Shown piece by piece: positions 37,840 through 51,688 of a stretch of DNA of 64,000 nucleotides. The notes under the pieces were generated by a model. It did not search any database. It saw nothing but the letters and a program-made list of their open reading frames with translations, and had not been told where the DNA came from. Every line of letters starts with the position of its first letter. Positions within the stretch are counted from its first letter, which is position 1. The translations under genes were made by a program, and so were the position numbers. The stretch comes from Spironucleus salmonicida (taxonomy: Eukaryota), in NCBI RefSeq assembly GCF_000497125.1, contig NC_090599.1:1364001-1428000 (forward strand). Direction: 5' to 3'.

Positions 37840-38466
37840 ATGTATTTTAATAATAAATTATATTACAATACCTATGATCATTCAGGCGTTTTATACATTA
37901 TCATACAAAGGTCTTTTATAAACCATGAATCTGGTCTAAACCCAAATTTAGAGTAATATTCTTATAAATGTGCATATGACCAGACAGACAATTTTGTGTG
38001 TTTATATAGTGGGATTACATAGTTCATCATAAAAGTGCAAAGTCCTAGATTTCTAAATGAGGCAATAATAAAAATTTTACCAAGTAGCACACAATCTTAT
38101 GTTGTTTCTAACCGACAACCTCCAATAATTTAGTTATTTAAAAGCAATTTATACATAATGGCATCGTTATTAATTTTGTCATATACAGATTCAGACATCT
38201 ATTTAAGTTCGTCAACATAGATTTACTTTCTTAAATTGTTATAAATAATAAAACTATCGTCATATACCGAAATAAGTTATACGTTTATTTAAAGAGAAAA
38301 CTATTCGTTGATTCTGATAAAATTAGATTTTATCAACTCTGCTTAATAATTACGATCATCTGAAATAAAATGCAATGTTTCATGCGTCTTCAATTTTATT
38401 TTTTATATAAAAAGTAATGTTTCTATTAGCGACTCAGATTAGTGTGATTAAAGTATACTAATATGA
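37840..38466 (+). CDS. Hypothetical protein (208 aa)
   Basis: Open frame MYFNNKLYYNTYDHSG...QSILI* with no recognisable motif. Confidence 0.4.
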
Positions 38467-38678
38467 AAAATATTTTATTTTTATTGTAATTGTATAATGA
38501 TAACAAATTCATTATCTTATCGTATAATAAAATATTAAGCATCCCGCACAACGTTTATTGTTTATTATAAAGTCTACATTATTTCTTCATCTTGGGTAGA
38601 GACTTCCAAGATCATGATAGATATCATATATTATCATCATAAAATAATAATATATACTTCCTTTCCTTCCATTATCTC

Positions 38679-40433
38679 ATGCCACCTAGACGTAAGATAA
38701 CACAATATTCTGAACCTTAGTAAACTAAAACCTTATTAGATGTGTATCAGAATTTTACTAGAGGAATATTTAGAATGCTAAAAATTAATCCTAGATTCAT
38801 TTGTGGATTTGATGAATTAACTTCTTTATTTTCTCTTATTTCTACAATTGCAACTATTTATATCACTTTTTCTTATAGAAAGAGTAAAATAAATGATATA
38901 GATTCATTTATATATACTGGATATAATTTAGCTGCATTTGGTTGTAATTATTCGTAAAATGATTAAATTCACTATTTTGGTAACAAGGATAATATTAAAT
39001 TAGGCCTTATTGCATCAAAAAAGTAAGCATCATATTCTTCCTTATTATCAGCAGCTGGCAAGCACAGTTGCTAAGGTATTGGAATAGTTATTGGTAATTA
39101 TTCTGACTTAATTAGTATCTACCCTAATATTAAGTACATTATATCTGGAGATGGAGCCGATGTAATTGTTGGTGGATAAGAATCTATTATTAAAAACAAT
39201 AATTTATATGCTAGTTATTCTGCTAAAGGAAAGGAGCTACAGTTGTCTAATTTCTTTGCCTAAGATTAATATGAGTTATAAATAAATGTGAATTCTAAGA
39301 AGATGTACTCTGAAATTTCAAGAATATTAAGTTATCGAAATAATTTTTATCGTGTTTTTGGTATAATATTTTAGTTCTAGATTCCAACATCTGTTCTTTT
39401 CTTTTTTATCCCGATTTTATGTATTTCTATTGCTTTAAATCTTAATTTATTACATAGATATTTGCGAATAATCATAATTAAAGATTTCATTTACTAAGTA
39501 AGACTAATTGTAGCGGTTTTAACTTTTTTTATATTTTATGTGTTGTTTAAAGTAAACATTTTGTTAAAATTGAATTTAGATATGTTTATTAACACATAGG
39601 AGAATTTATTGAAGTCAATAGTACTATGCTTCATTACTTTATCGGGTATTTTGGGTAGATTGGAATAATCAGACTTCTGGGTATAAAACCAAGCTATATA
39701 TAGTGTGATATTTTATATCATAAGTGTAGTTTTTTATAGATAAGCCTCAACATTTTTACTTTTAAATGCGTTTATTTCCATTTTTTGTATGTTTATTTAT
39801 GATATTTTGGTAGAAAAGAAAGTTTGCTGTAGGGCATGGACTAAGAATGCATCATATTTATTAATTTAACTACCTTATGTTTTTGCTCTTATTTTTAGGT
39901 AGCTATCATATTATTAAAGCTTGCTATCTGTTACTAAAGAGAGTGCATTTATTTCATATGTTATGGTAACAGTTATTTTATTAACTATTTCAATTGGTTA
40001 TATTCCAGCTATCCTTAAACTAACTACAGGTCCACTGTTTTTATTATCAGCTACAACAGTTGCTTCCTTTGTTTTCTTTTAAGCTTCAATTATTAATTGT
40101 CCTTATAACAACCTTAAAGAAAATATTTACAAAACACCAAGTACTTCTCAGATACCTTTGATTAATAATGAGATATCTGTTAGCTTCTATTGCAGTGATA
40201 AATTGTAAATATGCTATGCCGATGTGTCTAATAAATAGGCTATTCAGTTTAGTATTAAGTAAGGAGAAGAAATATCATTCTCTCTATTTAATGACAGATG
40301 GAGCTGTACCATCCCTAAAACTCCACTAGATAACAGTATTTAATATTTAGATTTGAATTGTGTTGAAGTTACTCCTGTGATAGAGTCAAAATTAATTTTC
40401 CGTTAAACTGGGTAATTTTATTATTGCGAGTGA
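38679..40433 (+). CDS. Multi-pass membrane protein (584 aa)
   Basis: MPPRRK..., one N-terminal TM, a soluble domain, then several hydrophobic segments. Stop lies in GAGTGA. Confidence 0.7.
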
Positions 40434-40442
40434 AATAAAATC

Positions 40443-41444
40443 TCACTATTCTTTCTTTTTCATGACTATATTTCTTTCTCCGAAATAACCATCTATTTTA
40501 GCAGTCCTCTTATTTTTCAATACTTGGCTCTTGCCAACCTCGTATTTATTGAACTTTTTCTTAAGATTCAGTTTTGAAATTTATTTATTATTACCAAATT
40601 CTCCTATAGCGTTTCTATTTTTCCTAATTATTTTACCAGGTACTCTAGATTCACCTTATTCAGCCTTATCTTCGATCCATTCTTTTTTCTTTGTAATAAC
40701 CTATTTCTTCTGCTAAATTCGTATAATTTTATCATCTTTATCTAACTTAGATTTTTGGGCTTTTTAAAGGAAATTTTCCTCCGGGATCTCTTATTTAGCT
40801 TTTAACCTTTAATCTTATTTAAATTAGCGTGCACGCTCTTCTAAAGTCATACCTACTGTATCTGCTTCTCCTAAAGACGCTTTTTATTTTATCCCTAAAA
40901 CTGACATATCTAAATGTTCTTTCTCTTTAGAAACTCTGATATAGTTAGGTAGCTCTGAAAGCGATATGGCTGAGTCGTCAGAATCTTCAAACTGAGCATT
41001 CTCCTCTTCCTAACCAAACTATTCTTCTATAGGTTCATTAGTCTCATGCACCTAGTTCAGTAAACCATTCTCAACAACTTTTTGCATTTCTTTCTTTGTA
41101 GATAGTTACTTATTAGTTAACTTGATCTAATCAAAAATTGGATGGGATTCATCCTCAATTTGGAGCGCTAGCAGTAAAAGCATTGCTTTCTTGTTAAACA
41201 ACTAACGTTCCAAGCCATCAGAAGTTTTAATTTTTCTTTTAATATTATCTAACTGCTCTTGTAATTCCACTTTTTTCAAAGCTTCGTATGTATCTTTTTG
41301 TTCCAGTTTTGGAACGACATTTTTATCTATCTTGGTATTTATGTTCATTTTACGTAATTTTTCTTACTCATCAAGGTATTTCATCTACTTTTCCTCTTGC
41401 AACTCTTTCGCAACCTGCTGCTTACTGAGTTTAACAGACCTCAT
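40443..41444 (-). CDS. UTP3: Sas10/Utp3 SSU processome component (333 aa)
   Basis: ESHPIFDQI (Sas10/C1D domain) and C-terminal RVPGKIIRKN...KKKFNKYE...DGYFGERNI. Confidence 0.65.
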
Positions 41445-41499
41445 TTGAAGTGAAAAAAGAAGTGATAATAAAATTAATATGAAATAATAACGTACGTTT

Positions 41500-42375
41500 T
41501 CACTCTCCCATTTGTGCATTTTAAATAAAGTCCAAGACACTCTTCATAGCCCCAACACCACCCATATTGATTTAATAACTTAAAAGTCCATTTTCTCCAT
41601 TAGAAATGATCTTAATGCCTCTGGGATCATCGACCTCATACTCGATTTTCAATTCATCGAATTTTATATTACCAAGCTCATTGCCGTCTCCATTTAACAT
41701 TATAATACCATTTTAACATATACCTATATAAACAACAACATCGCTCTCTTCTTCGGCGACTTTTTTTAATTTCCCCAAGAAACAAGCACAACCATATGCC
41801 CTTACACTACTCTGACATGCCTCCAAATAGTTTTAAATCGCCTTTTCGCGTGTATCACACATTCCTCCCTAAGTAATAATTTACCAATTCCCGATTAAAT
41901 TTTTGACCAAATCCTTTACTTTAAAATTACTGATCATATCTGCACTGAAATATTACTGAAGTATATTATCTAAAAATAAATTTTTATGAGATTCTTATAT
42001 TTTACCAAAATCAATTCCACAACGGAATGCAGCTAGCTTAGCAGATATTTCATCTGATGTAATCCATGTTCTTGTAATAATAAGTCTATTGATCTGATTT
42101 TAAAGTATTTCTGCAAAATTTTGATCTAGTTTTGGAGTTGAAAGCTAAATAGCTAGAATACGAAAGTGTAGTTAACTAGAAGTTGATGGTTTGTCTATAT
42201 GTTTCAGAGCATATCCGAAGTTATCACTTCTTACTTCTAAAATAGTGCAAAGAGGAGCATATTTTAGTGGAACTTCTTATTTAGTGAGTATAAATTTAAC
42301 TATATCACTTACTGTGTGATCTGATGAAGTGGGTATAGTAATATACGAAGTCGGGAGATAAATCTTAAGATGCAT
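41500..42375 (-). CDS. Stand-alone FERM-domain protein (291 aa)
   Basis: F1 LKIYLP...TVSDIV, F2 LAAFRCGIDFG...REKAIQNYLEAC, F3 YGCACF...IGICQNGIIML. Confidence 0.7.
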
Positions 42376-42504
42376 TACGACGATTTTATTAGGAATGTTA
42401 CGTAATATAAAAGTATAATAATGTTAAATATTAAAAAAATAAACCTGTAGAAAATAATATATTGAAGTATACGTATAAAATATGTAAAACAAAATTACTA
42501 ATAA

Positions 42505-43131
42505 TCAGTGCCATTGCTTATCTTTAACCACCGGATATACCTCTACTTCTATAGAATCTTAATATTAGACTTTATTATACATATATGAACTTTTAGGAAT
42601 ATCCTCCCTTATTATTCCTGTATCAAGTCCTATTTCAATATCAAGTTCAGTATTTACTTTAATTGTCTTAGCCTCATTTTAAAAATATTCTAATTGTTTC
42701 GACTATATCAATGATGGTGAACAACTACCTATAAGCCATTATTCATGTTATTATCGTTATAACTTATATGCAGATTTGCTAACATAGTGATTTTATATTG
42801 GATTTATTATTTGTGAAATTTTTTAACAAATCGGGCGGGATAAGTCATTATTTGTATAATCTTTAGCCTAAATAACAAGCTTAGACATATTAAGAGGTCC
42901 CTAACGAGATTATATTTATTAGGTAATGTATCCTTTTCGAGGAGTATAGTATAAAGGTGGTCGAGAAAGTGGGCGATATGGAGATAAATTTACATGTTGT
43001 GAAGTAAGCAAAATTTTTGTTGGATTATTGTTAGTTTATTTATATTTTTGTATATTTGATGAATTAAGAGATGCTGTATTTGTTCTAAGCTTTATTAATT
43101 TACCATTTTCGGTATAATAGAAACTGTCCAT
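42505..43131 (-). CDS. Hypothetical protein (208 aa)
   Basis: MDSFYYTENGKLIKLR...KDKQWH*. Confidence 0.6.
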
Positions 43132-43191
43132 TTATTTTAAATTTATTATTAATATAATTTATACAAAAGATAAAAATTATCTTCTGTTAAA

Positions 43192-43995
43192 ATGGGATGC
43201 GGAGCCTAAGAAACTCAGGAAGCTGATGTTATAGCCCCTGAATAGTAGAAAATAGCTGAAACCCCAAATATTGATAATATTATTGATGATGATTTTGATT
43301 TAGAATAAGATAAAAAGATTCGTCGAAGTTCACATGTTATGGTTGATTTTAAATGTAAGTATAAACCTATGGAATTTGCAACAATTTACTTGCAAAAAGT
43401 TAACTATTCTATAGACAGAACAATAAAATATTCTGAATACTAGGAGCTAATTTAAAATGAATATAATTATGCAATGGCAATTGATTGTGGAAAACTATAC
43501 CAGTATATATATTACGTCAAAGGATAACCTCCTATATAGCCGCCAGATTTAGAATATATAGGAATCAGTTGTATTTAATATATCAAATTTGGTTATCTTT
43601 TTTATCGACTTTACGAAATTGTACGTGACGTTAGAAAAGTTTTATTTTATTTTTTGGATGATGGCTTCAACAAACACGTTAACCTAAGAAATATTAGAAA
43701 GTTGATAACTCTACACTATGGATTACCAAAAGAAAAACTTAATGAAGTTTTTTAAGGTATTAACTCTAGAGGAGGTTATATTGATTATTTTAAATTTATA
43801 AAAGTACTAGATAAGATGGATAGGTTAAAGATTAAAGATGATTTAAAGGGTATGTTTCTTGATTGGCGAGAGAAAAAATTCGACCCTGTTCCCTTAGATG
43901 ATGTTAAAAGTTTAGATGAAGGGATTAGTTAACTTGAATTCAGTGATATATCTAACAAAGAAGGTGACATAAAGTTTTTAAAAGAAACTGTGTGA
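43192..43995 (+). CDS. Putatively dual-acylated (MGCG) protein with degenerate EF-hands (267 aa)
   Basis: N-terminal MGCGA; FLDDGFNKHVNLRNI and FQGINSRGGYIDYFKF resemble EF-hand loops. Confidence 0.65.
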
Positions 43996-44488
43996 CAATT
44001 TCTTTATAGTATAATTCGATAAGATTTAGTGATTAATATTGCATTAACAATTTTTTGCTAGTTGTTGTCGAATTTTATAAATATTAGAAAGTTTGTATAT
44101 TTATATCTTGTAGTATTTACTTTTTGTAAACGTGAAATCTATATTACTATTTCCTAGTATTAAATATTTTAATTAATAACTTCAATTTATATTATTAGTT
44201 ATTATCATATTTAATTAGTTGTATCTTATTAATACTTTATGTAATATATTTGATATATTATTACTATTCCTTTAGTAAACATAAACTTTACCTTAGAAAT
44301 ATCTCAACTATATAAATTTCCTGAAATTACTGAATTTATAAATAGGAGTATTATAAATAACATATCATTTTTACCAGTTCGTGGTTATAAAAATTTAAAT
44401 AGCTTCTATAAATGTATTTAATACAGAATCAAAAAATATTATTTTAATAACCTATTTATATTATATATAATAAGATATTCCTCTCGTC

Positions 44489-46075
44489 ATGAACCGAAAA
44501 CTCCTTGACAGTAACAAGCAAGGCATGCAAGATATAAATATCAAGTAGATAAACTAAATTATAACAGATTAAACATATAACTCAGCTAAGTATTTGTTAT
44601 AATAAGATAAATAGTAAAAAGCATAATAGAAGGCAACTTAACTATAAAATAAACTATAGTCACTAGATAAATCTGATTTAGTTTTAGCTTAAAATAAATT
44701 GAATATTACTATTAATCTTTTGCAGCAATAATTTGTGCCAAAAATATTTTGTGTTTGTGACTTTGACTGTTTCTATGCTGCAATTGAAATGCGACGAGAC
44801 CCATCTCTTAAGGCAGTCCCTCTTGCAGTATGTGGTGGTGGGATAGTATGTGCTAGTAACTATGCTGCTAGAAAATTTGGAGTAAGATCCGCTACACCAG
44901 CAAAAGTTGCCAAAGCACTTTGTGATAATATTAAAATTGTGCAAGCTGACATTCAGTATTATTAACAAGTAAGTCGATCAACTGCTTCTTTTTTCATGTA
45001 ATTTGACCCAAACTTTACAATGCTGAGCTGTGATGAATGTTTGATGGAACTTAGCGGATATATACAAAATTAGAATTTTAAAGGCGGAAAGGATGGGAGT
45101 ACTCTTTTTATTGGTGAGATTTCTAACATTGAACTATTAGTGGCTCAGATATGTAGAGAGATTCGAGGATAGATAGAGGCTAAGTTCTAGCTTACTGTTA
45201 GTTGTGGTGTAGGAATCAGTGTTTAGTTGGCAAAGATCAATGCTGATCGTAAGAAGCCTAATGGATAAACTATTAGCTAATTACATTTTCATAATAAATA
45301 AGATATGTTTTCTAGTATGAAATCTAGCATAGGAGATCTAGAAATTCGTAAAATTTGGGGAATTGGTCAAGCTACTGCTGAAATGCTTACTAATAAACCA
45401 TTTCAGTGCATTAAGATTAAAGATATTTAAGATAGAGGGTACCAATTAGTTGCTCTTTTACCTCCAAGTATAGTGAATTTGATTGCTTCTGCTTACGGAC
45501 TAGGGTAGATTCATGGTTAAGGGGAACATGCTGATTTAAAATCTGTAGGTCATGCTAAGACATTTCCAGAAAAAGAATAAGGTTTTGACGAGATAATTAT
45601 GGAATTATGTAAAGATGTGTGTTTAAGACTTTAAGTGTTGGAGTTGATACCTCGTAGAATTTAAATATAAATTAGATTTGCAGACTGGTCAGATTAAATT
45701 AAAGTTAAGGACCTTCCTACGCGTTCATCAAATTTATCTGTGATATATGAGACATCTGTTCAGACAGTTAATGAATTGGTTAAGTATGCAAAAATTAATA
45801 AACGTGGTAAGATTTCTACAGTTGGGATAGGGTAAAGTATGAAAGACTTACCATCTTCATATGTTAGATTGATAGGTGTACGTGCTATTGAGTTTGAGGA
45901 TTACAGGTATGGTGAAATAAATGAATTTATTAAAGTTAAACCGTAAGAATCCAACGAAATTAATGAGCAAAGTAGTGATTTTGAGGTAGTTGGATTTGTT
46001 AAAGGATCAAAATAGAAAACTATCAGGGAGTAATGCAAATAATCAGGGTTAGATAAATGGATTAAAAAAAAGTGA
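44489..46075 (+). CDS. POLK: Y-family DNA polymerase kappa (DinB), 528 aa
   Basis: NKQGMQ...INQII N-clasp, CDFDCFYAAIE, ASNYAARKFGVRSA, LSCDE, KKPNGQ, IWGIG, C-terminal PIP-like QSGLDKWI. Confidence 0.9.
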
Positions 46076-46444
46076 CTAAATACCAAGAATTAAAATAATA
46101 GCATAGATTAATATGCAAATATATAATATAAATTATATATACACACAACAGAAAATGAACAATGCATTTCTATTACCTTATTAAAATTTAATTTACTGTT
46201 TTAAATTACATAAGTTGCTTCTTTTTAGCAATTCAAAGAATAAAAACTCATCTACTGCTTACCAATATTAACATTAACTTACACAAATTTTAGAATTACA
46301 CCCTAGAGTTAACACTGTTAATACTAACCGGAAAGCGTTTACACAGTTTTATTTCATTTAAAAAATTGATCCCTACGACTTCATACAGAAACATATTGTA
46401 AATATTATATACATTTATATACACTATTTCAAAAACTTGCAAAA

Positions 46445-48313
46445 ATGTCCCTTTCGCTGCACCACATTTAAGGTACGACGGTGACGCTACCCCACCACAT
46501 CAAATTCTACTCAGAAGATAAGTTCGTTTTCACGCTCAATAAGACTATTGTCGTCTAGAGCCTCACAAACCCCCAGGATCAGACCATTTTACGCGGAAAT
46601 TCGGCCACACTCACCTACCTGGACCCCTACAAAAACCTCCTCCTGACCTCCGAGAGCGGGTTCGACTCCGACGTAGTACTCTGGGACGTCGAGGAGTCAC
46701 GCGTCATCCAGCGCTTCTCTGAGCACGACGGCGGCGTAGTTTCGGCCTCGATTTCGGCCGACGGCCTATTCTACGCCACATGCGGCATAAACGGTCAGAT
46801 CTACATCGTGGAGCTCGAAAGCGGCGATATCGTCACGATGGGCAGCACCGAGCCTCTGATTCGCCTCGTCTTCGGCGACCGAATCCGCGACACGCGCGGC
46901 CGCAAACTTGCCATGTGGCACATGATCGGGATCACGCAGCAGGGCACGATTCAGCACATTGTTTTCGAGCCTAAAACTGCTAAACTGCACGTCGAAACCG
47001 TCAACACTGGAAACGTAAGAAAGCAGATCGTGGACGCGTGTTTCGCGTTGAACGATAGCTCTTTGGTCATTGCGGTTTGCACTTCTGGTGATATTTTGAT
47101 TATCGACTTCAACACCGAGGAAGTGGTAACATCGGTAACGATTCCGGGCCAGCTGGGGCAGCTTAATGCTATATCGTGTCTTACGCGCTAGAATAGTTAG
47201 GAACCTGCTCCAAAGTCGATTTATTCAACTTATGAGAGAGCTGAAAATTTAGACGAAATTATCGCCATTGGAGGAAATGAATTTGTGGCTGTTTTAAAAG
47301 GGTAGGGCACGTCTTGGGACATCTCATATGTTTCTAGGGTTGATGGTAACGTCGTTTCTGTTGATGGGTTAAACGGGCAGATTCTGGCTGCTACTTGTTA
47401 AGGAAAAGTGTTGTAATTTGTACCTTTCGAAAATGAATATAAAATAATTCCCATATCTGATTCCAATTCTAAACCTGCTACATCAATTTCATTTTTGGAT
47501 AATTCGATAGTTGCGATTTCATCTGAAGATTAAAGAGTCAGAATTGTTGATTTGGTAGATTTCCTTCCTGCGATGACAATTTAGACAGAGCTCCGATGCA
47601 ACTATTAAAGCAACGTATTTCCTACATGTTTAGCTATTAATGATATTTAGTTAATAGTTGGATTCAACAATGGTGATATATAAATATTTGATGTTGAAAA
47701 TGGAGACTTTTTGCTTTAAATAAATGCAGCAGATAGAAAGAATGTTATTAGCATTGATGCAAAAGAGCATTTTATTTTAGTAGGTGGTGAAAATGGAGAT
47801 GTAAGACTATGGGATATTAGAAGTTAAAAGATTGTGGAAGGAAGCAGATAACATACTTTAAAAGTTAACAAAGTATTTTTAAGTCATCAAGGAGGAAGAA
47901 TGGGTCTTATAAGTTTTAGTGACGACCGTTATGGTATAGCTAGTGTTAATGGGTAAAGAGTCAGCGAATTCCTCTGCGAAGGTGTTGTAAATGATTGCGT
48001 TATCATTTCTGATGGGTATGTAGTCGCAAGTAACAGAGTCATAGGTTTGGTTGATCTCAGTCAGAAAAAATAATTATAAAGAATCGAATTTGACGTCAAA
48101 GTGTTAAGTTTAACTAGTGATGGTTAAAGCCGTGTTTTCGCAGGATTTGAGGATGGCACAATCAGAACTTATGAAATCACAAAGGCAGGGGTTCACTTAA
48201 TCTAAGAAATTCCGGACGCACATAGTGGAAGAGTTATGAAAGTAGGATTTGGTGGGTCTGAGCTTATCACATGTGATGATAATGGCGAGGTTATGTTCTG
48301 GTCTGTTCAGTGA
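46445..48313 (+). CDS. WD40-repeat protein, CFAP52/WDR16-like (622 aa)
   Basis: QDQTILRG...SDVVLWD...HDGGVVSASISADG, GGENGDVRLWDI, AHSGRV...DNGEVMFW. Confidence 0.75.
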
Positions 48314-48329
48314 GCTGAATTTTAAATTT

Positions 48330-48743
48330 TCACTGACAAATCTTTAGCACAAATTAATCAAAATATGTCTCTACAGCTTGTGAAAAATCATCAAAGTATA
48401 TTTCTGTATCTAATGTGAATCCATGACTATATTTTCCTTTTTTCTTTTTTAGGTAAATCAGAGAATTTTCAACAAAAGTTAGAATTTCCAGATTCTTGGG
48501 ATGGCGCAAATTACTAACACCAGCCTTGCCCATAATAGTAAGTATTTCCTATTCATAAATATCAAGCATTGGGCGAATCTCATATTTTGATAAAATTCTT
48601 CCATCAGAGTTTGCTATGCCGTTATTAACTGGTGGCCCATAATATGCTAATAATTTCAAGTAAAATAGTGATGGTGTGTGTTATTGTGTTGGAGGATTTA
48701 CAAACATTAACACATCTCTCAATGTCATAAGTTTATCTGGCAT
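48330..48743 (-). CDS. Hypothetical protein (137 aa)
   Basis: MPDKLMTLRDVLMFVNPP...FVLKICQ*. Stop lies in CAGTGA. Confidence 0.65.
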
Positions 48744-48803
48744 TATATATGAAGATCATTAATATATATATAATATTATATATATAATATTTTTCACTTT
48801 AAA

Positions 48804-51635
48804 ATGCCTTTACTAAAAGCAAATAAGAAACAAGTATTATATGAGACATCTGCTAAAAGAAATATTCATTTTACAAAAAGAAATGATATTCCATGCAATA
48901 TTGAATAATGTGAACAATGTAAGGATATTGAAGGCTACTAACCATATTTTATTAAAAATTAAGTGTTATTTTTACCTTAATTGTCCATATTTCTTAAGTA
49001 TAAGTAGTATTTCTCGATGATAAAATAAGATAATATATTATATTTACAATCTATACTGAATAACTTAAAATAAAAAGAAATATTATATCATAATTCGATT
49101 ATCAAATCTTTGTAATCTAAAGCATAAATATTTCATGATTAAGTGTGTTCATTCACTGGTTTAGCTGGAGAATATAATGAAACAATAGCAATATAAAAAA
49201 TAGTACCTTATTTTGAAGAACATGGTTGCTAAGTAATTATTATAACAGATCACCCAGAGAATTTTTCGACAGATACAATAGACGTTAATAACTTTTATAG
49301 TGAGTAAGTATATTAAAAATTACAGATCAGCATTAACCTAGAGGAATTTTTAAAATTAAAGGAATAAGATTTTATTGATGGATATATTGAACACTTTACC
49401 GAAGATTAACTTTTGAGTCTTATTGATACTGGAGCTTTATTATCTGGATAACTTGCAACATATAAAGGTGGTAAAATGGGAGAAATCAAGACTTCTAAAG
49501 TAGGTCGAGTATTATTTCCTTAAAAATGGAATATCAATAGGTCATTAAATCTAGATATCGTCGCATTTAGATTATAAAAAGAAAATAAAGAATTTAAAGA
49601 ATAAAATATCCAAGAAAGTGATTTATACCCGTTAGTATAGGAGGTATATTAGGAATATGAAGAACTTTTTTCTATTGGTGTAGTGGTTGGTATTTTAAAG
49701 CATAGAAAAACAACATTTTGTGGTACTATTGAAAAACATTTCGACTTTACAATTGATTAAAACCTACTAAAAATCAAAAACTAAAATGAGTAAAATTTTG
49801 GTGCATGTAAGGTTATACCGGTTGATTAATATTTACCAACATTTTTTATTAGATCTCCAAATTCTTTATCACCTTATATTGGCTAAAGATGCCAATTTTA
49901 ATATCTATCTTGGGAAAGAAAATCAATTATACCATCATGTACCTTGTTATAAGCACTAGGTCCTGTTGGGGATAGAGATGCTGAAAGTGAGGTAATCTTA
50001 TAAGAGAAGAATATTAGGCATTTTAACCTTGAATAAGAATAACAAATACTAGATGAATTACCTTCCAAAATATTAAATCAAATAGATCCATTTAGAGTTA
50101 ATTTAATAGATGAATTAGTATGTTCAATTGATCCTCCAGGTTGTAAAGATATTGATGATGCGTTACATATGAAACAAAGCACAATGCCTGATTTTGAGAA
50201 AAAATGGGGTAAATATTGCTTAGACTAGATTAATCTTAAGCAGCTAACGTAAGATTTTGTAAAGAACTTGAGATCCTAAGTATAAAAAAATAATGTTTTG
50301 GAAGTCGGAGTACATATTGCAGATGTTAGTCATTATGTTCTTCCGGAATCATACATAGATCAAGAAGCAAGAAAAAGATGCACATCTGTATATTTATAGG
50401 ATAGAAGAATAGATATGCTACCAAAATTACTTACTGAATAAGTTTGTTCTCTAGTTGCAGATGGAGAAAGATTTACTTTCTCGTGTATGTTTCTACTAGA
50501 TAGAGATTCCGGAAAGGTCTTATTCTATAGGTTTTGCAAAACTATTATTATTAACAAGGCAAATCTATCATATTATGAAGCATAAGCTTTATTAGACGCT
50601 GGTAGCTCCGTCTAGATTAATCCAAAATATAACAATATAGCGTTGAAAGAAAAATTAGTTTTATCAATTTAATAGCTTATGAATATTTCATTGAAGCTAA
50701 AACAGTAAAGAATTGATAACGGGGCCCTTCTTCTAGATTCTCCTGAAGCTGCCTTTTAATTAGATGCTTTTGGAATGCCAATAAAATTAGACTCTCATGA
50801 ACATATTCCAACAATGTCATTAATTGAAGAGTTTATGCTTTTGGCCAATTATTATGCAGCAAAATAAATGTTAGAAAAATATCCATCCATTGCATTTTTA
50901 AGAAGGCATCCAGAACCAGACGAAGAAATTTTTGAAGATCTTAAATGTAAATTAGAAAAATATAACCTTTCGATTGACACTTCTTCTAATCTAAGTTTAT
51001 CTCAATCAATTCGTAAGATATCAGATAAACTGTAAGATTCTACCTTATTAAATACTGTTAGAATATTGTTGACTAGATGTATGAATCTAGCTAAATATTT
51101 CCCCTCTGGTACATATACTGCCCCAGAATTTTTACATTATGGACTAGCATTAGAATTTTACACCCATTTTACATCTCCAATTAGACGTTATGCAGATGTT
51201 TGTGTACACCGATTGATTGGTGCATCAATAGGTGTAAATTAATTGCCTAACTACTTAGGGGAAACTGAAAAAGTCAATAGTATTTGTTAAGTGTGTAATG
51301 AACGAAAGGAAGAGGCGGATAGAGCTGGTAGAGAAAGTGGGAGAGTTTTCGGTGTTATTTATTTGTTAATGGAGCAAATTAAAGGTGGCAACGATGAAGT
51401 TATTGCAGAAATAGTTGGAATAAGAAATAATATGGTTTAAATTGTTGTTAGAGAGTTTGGTGCTGATTTAGATGTGAAGATTGAAGGTGAAATATCCGCA
51501 GACAAAACCAGTTTAAAAACAAAGGAAGGCTTAGTATATACAATATTTTAACGAGTTAAAGCCCGTATATATTACGATCATGAAAAGCCTTACTATTTCA
51601 GATTCAAAGTTGATATTTTAGAAATATTACAGTGA
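48804..51635 (+). CDS. DIS3: Exosome exoribonuclease Dis3/Rrp44 (943 aa)
   Basis: RNDIPC...[59 protein letters not shown]. Confidence 0.92.
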
Positions 51636-51688
51636 CGATAATTATTTTTATTATTATATAATATATATAAGTATACTATAAATCAAAA

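Noticed and set aside
44000-44480. Possible small genes in longer AT-rich gaps (also 13260-13740, 19560-19870, 46080-46440, 54000-54220)
   Set aside because: Frames are low-complexity or lack clean start/stop boundaries, and open frames arise easily with one stop codon.
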